Shown here: in pieces, positions 8,425-15,371 of the stretch | Position numbering within the stretch: position 1 is the first letter of the stretch | How the letters are laid out: every line of letters starts with the position of its first letter | Source of the DNA: Limisphaerales bacterium | Lineage (GTDB): Bacteria > Verrucomicrobiota > Verrucomicrobiia > Limisphaerales > SIBE01 | Assembly: GCA_044225505.1 (NCBI GenBank) | Contig: JBGAIN010000092.1 | Span: forward strand, 1 to 32,325 | Reading direction: 5' to 3' | DNA: 32,325 nt | Made by a program: the position numbers and the translations under genes | The notes under the pieces: model-generated | What the model saw: the letters and a program-made list of their open reading frames with translations, nothing else | Told to the model about the DNA's origin: nothing | Databases searched by the model: none

Positions 8425-9756
8425 ATGAAAAAACTGATCACGTCTGCCGGTATGGCTGTCCTGGGTGCTGCCAGCTTGAATGCCCAGCAGATTTACGCAC
8501 CTGCTCCAGGACTTACTACCACGCAGCTTTCCAAACCGTGGAGTGTTTCGGCAGCCATTCGTGGCTTCTATGATGACAACTATGCGCTAACGCCACGAGC
8601 GGGTTACGTCGATCCTGTAACCGGTGCAAAAACGAAGCCGCGCGATAGCTTCGGCTTCGAAGTGAGTCCCTCCGCTGGACTGAACTGGTCCATGGAGCAG
8701 ACCTACATCGGGCTAGGCTACGTTTATAGCCTTAAATGGTTCGAAGATCGTCCTGAACACAAGATCGATCAGAGCCATCAAGCCAACGTCAAACTGAGCC
8801 ACGCGTTCACCGACCGTTACAAGTTGGACCTGGCGGATTCGTTTGTTCTAACTCGCGAGCCTGACCTGATCGCCCCAGCGAATGCTCCGAATACGACCAT
8901 CCGCTCCCGTCTGGATGTCCTGCGCAATTACGGAACGGCTAACTTCACGGCCGGACTCACCGATCAGTTGAGCACCGTGCTGGGTTACTCGAACACCCTT
9001 TACGATTACCGTGACAACGGAGCAGGAAGCTTATCGGCTCTCCTGGACCGCATGGAACACCTCGGTACGGTCAACCTTCGCTGGCAGGTGTTGCCTAGCA
9101 CGGTTGCCTTGGTCGGATACCAGTTCGGCGTAACCGACTTCACCGCGGATGAAAGCACCGGGATCCTGAATCCCAACTTCCCAGCGACTGGTCGTGCGAC
9201 CCTGTGGAGCGACGAGCGTAACAACATCTCTCACTACGCTTACTTGGGAGCCGATCACAGCTTCAATCCTCAACTCGATGCTTCGATTCGAGTAGGCGCT
9301 CAGTTCACCGAATATAATAATCTTCCCGGCAAGAACGAAGACAACGTCAGTCCTTATGCCGACGCGAATGTCACTTATAAGATGACTCCGGACAGCGCTC
9401 TGCAAGTAGGCGTGCGCCACTCGCGAATCGCGACGGATGCCGCGGCGTTGGACCAAGAGAACACGACAGCCTACGGTTCGTTCAGCTATCGGGTTCTGCC
9501 TCCGTTGACCGCCAGCTTGCTCGGTCAATACCAGTTTAACACGTTCGAAAATGGACAACCGACGGCCGCGGGTTCCTCGATTACCTTCAAGGATAAATCG
9601 GAAAACTTCTGGCTGGTGGGGTTGAACTTGACTTACGAGATCAACCGATTCCTGGCTGCGGAAGCAGGTTATAGCTATGACCGGCTTGATTCTGACTTGG
9701 GATTCCGTAGCTTCTCACGTAACCGCGTTTACGTCGGGCTCCGTGCCTCTTACTAG
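8425..9756 (+). CDS. Outer-membrane beta-barrel protein associated with polysaccharide export
   Basis: Signal peptide MKKLITSAGMAVLGAASLNA, YDDN motif, alternating amphipathic strands, C-terminal beta-signal NRVYVGLRASY; directly upstream of wzc/wza. Confidence 0.85.
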   Translation: MKKLITSAGMAVLGAASLNAQQIYAPAPGLTTTQLSKPWSVSAAIRGFYDDNYALTPRAGYVDPVTGAKTKPRDSFGFEVSPSAGLNWSMEQTYIGLGYVYSLKWFEDRPEHKIDQSHQANVKLSHAFTDRYKLDLADSFVLTREPDLIAPANAPNTTIRSRLDVLRNYGTANFTAGLTDQLSTVLGYSNTLYDYRDNGAGSLSALLDRMEHLGTVNLRWQVLPSTVALVGYQFGVTDFTADESTGILNPNFPATGRATLWSDERNNISHYAYLGADHSFNPQLDASIRVGAQFTEYNNLPGKNEDNVSPYADANVTYKMTPDSALQVGVRHSRIATDAAALDQENTTAYGSFSYRVLPPLTASLLGQYQFNTFENGQPTAAGSSITFKDKSENFWLVGLNLTYEINRFLAAEAGYSYDRLDSDLGFRSFSRNRVYVGLRASY

Positions 9757-9778
9757 AATAACAATTTAATTGCAGACG

Positions 9779-9816
9779 GGAGGCTGGAACATAAACTCTA
9801 GCCTCCTTTTATTTTT
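9779..9816 (+). terminator. Rho-independent terminator-like hairpin between the barrel gene and wzc
   Basis: ggaggctgga-acataaac-tctagcctcc stem followed by ttttattttt. Confidence 0.7.
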
Positions 9817-9819
9817 GTC

Positions 9820-11991
9820 ATGGAAACTCCGAAACCTACTGGCGCTCCCGATACAAAGCTCCATTTCCTCGATTACTGGCGTATCATTCGTATTCGTAAG
9901 ACGGTAATCTTGGCCGTCTTCCTTCTGGTGGTCCTGACCACGACGGCGGTGACGTTCATATTGCCGGAGTCCTTCAAGAGCACCGTCCGCATCGAAGTAG
10001 GCAAGGACAATCCTGATATCGCACCGCTGTTGTTCGGCGCTCAAAATCAAACCGCGTTTGATCCTTATTTCATCCAGACAGAGTTCGAGAAGATAAAGTC
10101 TAAGAGCGTCCTCAACGACGTCATCAACGAACTCAACCTGCAGGAGGAATGGTCCAAACGATACGGCGCGGAAGGAAAGCTCAAGACCTCTGAAATTTTC
10201 CAGATTCTCGCCAAGCAAATCGACGTGCGCCAATCGCGCAACACCAGCTTGATTGAGATCAGCGTCTATGACGAAAACCGAAACAAAGCGGCGGAAATCG
10301 CCAACAAGATAGCGGAAGTTTACACGCGTGTGCGTTTACACGCCAGATTGAAGGCCTCGTCCAACGCCATTGAAGTGCTTAAAGGCAAATCGCTGCAACA
10401 GGAAATCGAAGTCAGCGCCGCCCAGGCGAACGTCGATAAGCTCCGCCGGGACTTGGGTGGTATCTCCGATATCGGTCCTGAAGGATACACATCGACCCTC
10501 GAACCTGAAACAGTTCGCCTAATCGAACGCGAACGTATCTCTCTGGAATCCCAAGCCGCCCGATACCAGACGCTCTACAACGAACTTAAATCAAAAACCT
10601 CGCTCCAGCTCGCTCAAGCCATTCCCACAGCAATTCCGGACACCGAGTTGACCCAGCTCCTGCGTGATCTCAATACCGCAGAGTCAACCTACTCGAAGCT
10701 CATCGTCGAAAGCGGTCCGCAAAACTCTGAAGTCCGCCAGATGTCTTCAATCATTTCGACGGTTAGGACTCAGATCCAAGCGCGTGTCCAGGGCGTCCTA
10801 AACGGCTTGGCCGCTCAGGTCGCCGCGCAAATCGCCAGCGCGACGGAGCTCTCGAATCAGGTGCAAAAGGCGAAAGCGAAGGATGCGGAGATGACAGAGA
10901 AATATCGCCCATACTTCCTTGCGAAGAAAGACCTCGAGACGAAGCAGCGCATTCGCGAAACGATCATGCTGCGCATTTTGCAGGAAAGCGTTGATGCCGC
11001 CCTGCCCAAGACGACCGTCGTGACCGTGACGGACCTTGCGGAAGCGAGCCCACGTCCGGTGCGACCCAACATCCCGTTGAACATCGCTCTTGGAGTCCTG
11101 GTCGGATTGCTCATGGGCTTCGGTCTCGCATTCTTCATTGAGTATCTTGACACGAGCGTCAAGACGATCGACGATGTGGAAAAGGCTCTCCAAGCCCCGG
11201 TCTTGGGAGTTATTCCGCAAAACGTCGGGGCTCTCATCGAGGAAGGACCGGAAAGCCCGCATGCTGAAGCCTACCGCGTGCTGCGGACCAACGTCCTGTT
11301 TTCGAGAAAAGATCCACTCTTGAACACGCTGACGGTAGTCAGCGGTGGTGCCGGCGAAGGAAAGTCGACGACCATCTTCAACCTTGCGACCGTGTTTGCG
11401 CAAAATGGTCAACGCGTTCTGATCGTTGACTCTGACTTGCGCCGCCCGAGTTTGCACAAGCTGTTGAACGTCTCCAACTCAATCGGTCTGACGAATTACC
11501 TCCTCCGGCAGAACACGCTCGAAGAAGTGATCCAAACGACCAAGCTTCCGACGATGCACTTCCTGCCTAGCGGCAAGCTGCCCAGCAGCTCTCTCGGCAT
11601 TCTGAACTCGCCCCAGATGAAGGAGTTCATCAAGACCGCCAAGGAACGCTACGACTTCGTCTTCTTTGACTCGCCGCCCATCATGGGTGTCAGTGACGCT
11701 TCGATCCTCGCGAGTGAGGTCGATATGTCGATCCTGGTAATCCAATACCGGAAATACCCCCAAGCGATGACGTTACGCGCGAAACAGATGGTTGAGAAGG
11801 TTGGTGGCCGTATGCTGGGCGTCGTGCTGAACAACATCAACATCTCGCAGGATTCTTACTACTACTACTACAGCGGCTACTACTACGATTACTATTCGAA
11901 GTACGAAAGCAGCGATGAGTCGAAAGCCAACGGCCGCTCGACCAAGCCGGCCGGCGAACGTTCCGGATTAGAGATCAAGCAAAAATATTGA
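9820..11991 (+). CDS. wzc: Polysaccharide co-polymerase / tyrosine autokinase
   Basis: Two TM helices flanking a coiled periplasmic domain; EAYRVLRTN, Walker A GEGKST, A' DSDLRRP, B FDSPP; C-terminal Tyr cluster. Confidence 0.93.
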   Translation: METPKPTGAPDTKLHFLDYWRIIRIRKTVILAVFLLVVLTTTAVTFILPESFKSTVRIEVGKDNPDIAPLLFGAQNQTAFDPYFIQTEFEKIKSKSVLNDVINELNLQEEWSKRYGAEGKLKTSEIFQILAKQIDVRQSRNTSLIEISVYDENRNKAAEIANKIAEVYTRVRLHARLKASSNAIEVLKGKSLQQEIEVSAAQANVDKLRRDLGGISDIGPEGYTSTLEPETVRLIERERISLESQAARYQTLYNELKSKTSLQLAQAIPTAIPDTELTQLLRDLNTAESTYSKLIVESGPQNSEVRQMSSIISTVRTQIQARVQGVLNGLAAQVAAQIASATELSNQVQKAKAKDAEMTEKYRPYFLAKKDLETKQRIRETIMLRILQESVDAALPKTTVVTVTDLAEASPRPVRPNIPLNIALGVLVGLLMGFGLAFFIEYLDTSVKTIDDVEKALQAPVLGVIPQNVGALIEEGPESPHAEAYRVLRTNVLFSRKDPLLNTLTVVSGGAGEGKSTTIFNLATVFAQNGQRVLIVDSDLRRPSLHKLLNVSNSIGLTNYLLRQNTLEEVIQTTKLPTMHFLPSGKLPSSSLGILNSPQMKEFIKTAKERYDFVFFDSPPIMGVSDASILASEVDMSILVIQYRKYPQAMTLRAKQMVEKVGGRMLGVVLNNINISQDSYYYYYSGYYYDYYSKYESSDESKANGRSTKPAGERSGLEIKQKY

Positions 11992-12030
11992 TTGTATCGC
12001 GCAGTTCCAAAGGCTAACTATTCACGCGCA

Positions 12031-12681
12031 ATGATGAAGCACCTGATCCGCAATCCGCTGCGTCTTTTCACGTCGAGCATCGCTTGTCTAGCGTTCCTGG
12101 CGTTGTTGTCCGGTTGTGCGACCGAAGGCAATTCTTCCGCAGGAGCAGCGGTTGCTGGTCCAGGATCCACCTCGGTCAGTGAACGCAACGCTGTGATGCA
12201 GAGCGTCGACACTCTGCGAGTTGGCGAACTGCTCCTAGTCGAATTCTCCGGCGTCACCGTTCCTCCACCGCGTCACGAAGAGCGGATTAAAGCTGACGGT
12301 CACATCACCCTTCCCAGTGTCGGTCCGATCGAGGCGGCGGGTAAGACACGGGGCGAGTTGGAGCAAGCCATTCATGACGCCTACGTCCCGAACTACTATC
12401 GAGCACTCACCGTCACGATAAGAAACGAAGGCCGGTTCTTCTACGTCAAAGGTCAGGTCAAGAACCCCAATCAATTTCAGTATTTGAAGGAGATGACGGT
12501 TCTTAAGGCAATTGCCGCTGCCGGCGACTTCACGGACTTTGCCAAGAAAAAAGAGGTCCTCCTGACCCGAGCAAACGGACAGAAACTTACCGTCAACTGC
12601 ATCAAAGCAATGCACGACCAAAAACTCGATCTGCCGGTCTACCCGGATGACACGATCGAAGTACCTCGTCGATACTTTTGA
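12031..12681 (+). CDS. wza: Short polysaccharide export (OPX/Wza-family) lipoprotein
   Basis: Lipobox LLSGC, PES motif DGHITLPSVGPIEAAGKT, SLBB region GQVKNP...AIAAAGDFT...PDDTIEVP. Confidence 0.88.
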   Translation: MMKHLIRNPLRLFTSSIACLAFLALLSGCATEGNSSAGAAVAGPGSTSVSERNAVMQSVDTLRVGELLLVEFSGVTVPPPRHEERIKADGHITLPSVGPIEAAGKTRGELEQAIHDAYVPNYYRALTVTIRNEGRFFYVKGQVKNPNQFQYLKEMTVLKAIAAAGDFTDFAKKKEVLLTRANGQKLTVNCIKAMHDQKLDLPVYPDDTIEVPRRYF

Positions 12682-13070
12682 TGGTTCAGCTCAAAATCCT
12701 TTCGGAGGGAGAAAGCCCCGTTCGGACGATTTCGCGCTTCCCGTATGTCGTCGGCCGAAGTCCGACTGCAGACCTTCAATTGGAAGAAGCAGGAGTCTGG
12801 GATCGTCACCTTCAACTCGAACTCGACCGCCAAACGGGCCTTTTTTTAACCTTGCTCCCAGGGGCGCTGGCTAGTGTCAATGGTTTGCCGGTTGACGAGC
12901 GTGCCGCCCTTCGCAACGGAGATGTTATTGAGGCCGGGGCTGCAAGGTTCCAGTTTTGGCTGGGGCCAACTCGGCAGCGCAGCTTTGCCTTCCGCGAAGC
13001 GGTGACCTGGGTAGCCCTCGCAATCCTCTGCTTGGTCGAGATTGCCGTCATCTACGCGTTATTGCATTAA
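12681..13070 (+). CDS. FHA-like domain protein with C-terminal TM anchor
   Basis: VVGRS..ADLQL...VWDRH, VNG, LRNGDVIEAG and a hydrophobic tail; TGATG coupling to wza. Confidence 0.8.
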   Translation: MVQLKILSEGESPVRTISRFPYVVGRSPTADLQLEEAGVWDRHLQLELDRQTGLFLTLLPGALASVNGLPVDERAALRNGDVIEAGAARFQFWLGPTRQRSFAFREAVTWVALAILCLVEIAVIYALLH

Positions 13071-13123
13071 GCTGTCGCGGTGAACGTCAGTTCCAAGGTT
13101 AAGTCCCGGACAGTCCCGACCGC

Positions 13124-14287
13124 TTAAGGGCCGGACACACTCGGTGCCCTGGCCCGATTGAGCGCTTCTGTCGCCTTCTGCCGAACATATAGGTTGCCGT
13201 CACGGAGCCTCTCTTCCAACGCTGACAGCACTGCGGGTTCCGAAGCCGCAAGTTTCCCCAGAATATCAACTACCGAAGCGCGGACGTCTGGACTTGGGTC
13301 GTCAAGGGCTCCAATTAACGCGAAAGGGATTCTACGCGCCGCCTCCGGCGCCCGACTCAGAGCTTGAATTGCCTTTCCGCGTACTTCTCGATCCACATCG
13401 CGGAGTGCGTTGGTGACCGCGGAGAGCACGAGCGCCGCCGTCGGACGAATTTGGAGGAGCGCTTCTACCGCGGCGGCTTTAGCCGCAGCTTCATCAAGGT
13501 CGGCTTTTTCCCTGAGCTTAGGCAGCGCACCGCGGGCGATCGGCCCCATCACCGCTAGCCCCCGAATAGCGACTAAGCGCACCGCAAGATTCGTATGTTC
13601 CAACGCGTGAGTGAGAACCGGCACCGCGAGAGGCCCTACGTTGCTCAAGGCCAAACCCGCTTGTTCTGAGACATCCGATCGTCCCGTCTCGAGGAGCTTC
13701 GCCAGCAGTGGGACGGCGTTTGATGCCGTAACACCCTGGGTGCTGAGGGCGTAACAGACGAACCCACACTGATCGGGAGCCGTGTTGGTGAGTGACTGAA
13801 CAAGCGCTTGGACGCCAGGGTTTCCACGCTTGGCCAGCGCCAGGGCGGAATACCAGGCCACCGTCTTTTCGTCATGCAAGGCTTTCGTGAGGGCCGGCAC
13901 CGCGGCTTGAGCCGACGGTCCCATCAGTCCTATGGCATGAGCAGCCGCAGCGCGCATGGCTGGTGCCCTGAACGGGTTCACCAGCCGAAACAAGAACGTT
14001 GATGCTGTCCTGGGGAGCCTGGTTCCGACAGCGCGAATAGGACGGCCGAAGATCGGGTTGGGCGTTTGGAGCATTCTGACAAGCGAGGGGACGGCATCAT
14101 CGCCGAATGCCTGAATATTCAACTTAGCCGCATCGCGTGTCGGCTCCGAAGGGCTGTTGAGATCTAGCGCCCAGGACGAGACCGATTTCCCACAATAGAC
14201 GGGTTCTGCCGGAGTTGGACGCTCGTAAAAGACGGAAAAGCCACCTATCCCCAAGAACGCCAGGAGAATTAGCCACCGCCATTTCAT
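13124..14287 (-). CDS. Membrane-anchored HEAT-repeat protein
   Basis: N-terminal hydrophobic segment MKWRWLILLAFLGIGG, then repeats such as AVPALTKALHD, ALDDPSPDVRASVVDILG, LRDGNLYVRQKATEAL. Start inferred. Confidence 0.85.
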   Translation of the reverse strand: MKWRWLILLAFLGIGGFSVFYERPTPAEPVYCGKSVSSWALDLNSPSEPTRDAAKLNIQAFGDDAVPSLVRMLQTPNPIFGRPIRAVGTRLPRTASTFLFRLVNPFRAPAMRAAAAHAIGLMGPSAQAAVPALTKALHDEKTVAWYSALALAKRGNPGVQALVQSLTNTAPDQCGFVCYALSTQGVTASNAVPLLAKLLETGRSDVSEQAGLALSNVGPLAVPVLTHALEHTNLAVRLVAIRGLAVMGPIARGALPKLREKADLDEAAAKAAAVEALLQIRPTAALVLSAVTNALRDVDREVRGKAIQALSRAPEAARRIPFALIGALDDPSPDVRASVVDILGKLAASEPAVLSALEERLRDGNLYVRQKATEALNRARAPSVSGP

Positions 14288-14365
14288 AACGGGTGAGGCT
14301 GGCTCACAATGAAACGAATCGCATGGGTTCCCCGCATTGTCGAGCAGCACGGCAGAAGCGATGGA

Positions 14366-15085
14366 CTACTTAATCCCTTGAAGCCGGTCCCTCCACAATT
14401 GGTAAAGCCGCACTGTAGCTTGGACGTCGCGCAGACAGTATTCCGCAATTTCACGATAACGTCCTGCAGCAACCATCTGACTGACGTCCATACCGGTAAC
14501 TCCGTGGCTTTTAGGTGAGTCGATGCCGAAGGCTTTGCAGTAAAAGTCGAGATTGAAACGGCGGGCCGCTCCTTCACGTCCGCTCACGCCATAAAAAGTG
14601 AGCTGCTCCGCCAGGTCGCAGTGAGGTTCTGTTTGATACCGGTAGCCGAGCCAGTCTTTCCGAGTGATCGGTACATTAAGCAGCGCTGACCGGAGGTAGA
14701 TGAAAGGCACGTCGAAACCGCGTCCGTTGAACGTAATAATCGCTTCGTAATGCTTCGCGACGTCCCAAAACGCGGTGAGAAGTTCGAGCTCGTCAACGCA
14801 AGGGACGAACTCCACAGCGCCAGCGTCGTCTCCGTCCGTTTCGAAATCGTCCGCGATGAATAGGACTTGGCCGCGGCAACTGTCCAGATTGAGCATGGCG
14901 ATGCAAACGACCCGAGCCGTCAGCGGCCATAAGCTCATTTGTTGGGCAATCTCGGCCTGCCGAGTCTTGCGGGCGACTTCATCAGCGATCTTGCCGGCGT
15001 CTCGAAAGAGGTATTCTTGCTGTGAGTCATCGAAGAGCTCAAGTGGAAGAGCAGAGGTCTCGATGTCGAAGACTAGTCTGGCCAT
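14366..15085 (-). CDS. Stand-alone PolB-like 3'-5' exonuclease (DEDDy, RNase H-like fold)
   Basis: ExoI VFDIET, ExoII TFNGRGFDVP, ExoIII EYCLRDV. Confidence 0.88.
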   Translation of the reverse strand: MARLVFDIETSALPLELFDDSQQEYLFRDAGKIADEVARKTRQAEIAQQMSLWPLTARVVCIAMLNLDSCRGQVLFIADDFETDGDDAGAVEFVPCVDELELLTAFWDVAKHYEAIITFNGRGFDVPFIYLRSALLNVPITRKDWLGYRYQTEPHCDLAEQLTFYGVSGREGAARRFNLDFYCKAFGIDSPKSHGVTGMDVSQMVAAGRYREIAEYCLRDVQATVRLYQLWRDRLQGIK

Positions 15086-15108
15086 GAGGGCAAAAGGGCT
15101 AACTCACC

Positions 15109-15149
15109 GGGATGGCACTCCTCTGCTCGGCCGGAGGATGTGCCATCCT
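15109..15149. terminator. GC-rich inverted repeat just downstream of the micro-ORF (no clear U tract)
   Basis: ggatggcac...gtgccatcc outer stem with inner tcct/agga pairing. Confidence 0.5.
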
Positions 15150-15167
15150 CAAGTTCGACTTAACGAA

Positions 15168-15245
15168 CTACTTTTTTTTAGCGGCTGGCTTCTTAGCGGT
15201 TTTTTTGGCTGGTGCTTTGGCTGCTGGTTTCTTTTTTTCTGGCAC
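15168..15245 (-). CDS. 25-aa Lys/Ala/Pro-rich histone-H1-like micro-protein MPEKKKPAAKAPAKKTAKKPAAKKK
   Basis: GTG start preceded by GGAGGTGA, TAG stop, promoter-like element upstream, hairpin downstream, and PAAK/PAKK repeats. Confidence 0.75.
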   Translation of the reverse strand: MPEKKKPAAKAPAKKTAKKPAAKKK

Positions 15246-15289
15246 GGATACTCACCTCCGTTCCATTTGGGGTTTGTTCTTCGCACCCA

Positions 15290-15336
15290 ATTCTAGAGAC
15301 TTTCTGCGTGACTGACCAGAAATATAATTTTCTTTT
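15290..15336 (-). promoter_or_regulatory. Putative sigma70 promoter for the micro-ORF
   Basis: Minus strand TGGTCA-N17-TAGAAT with an AT-rich upstream tract aaagaaaattatatttc. Confidence 0.55.
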
Positions 15337-15364
15337 CGACCGAGCCTGCTTTCGTCCGTAACTT
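15336..15364 (+). promoter_or_regulatory. Putative mutS promoter (leaderless geometry)
   Basis: TCGACC-N17-TAACTT, 7 nt before ATG 15372, with no SD. Confidence 0.4.
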
Positions 15365-15371
15365 GCGACCC

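Noticed and set aside
15113..15257. TGGCAC motifs as sigma54 promoters
   Set aside because: None has GC at the required spacing from GG; they belong to the hairpin or the micro-ORF.
15112..15315. Plus-strand hydrophobic ORF (FFLAAGFLAVFLAGALAAGFFFS)
   Set aside because: This is the antisense shadow of the Lys/Ala-rich micro-ORF; SD and promoter are on the minus strand.
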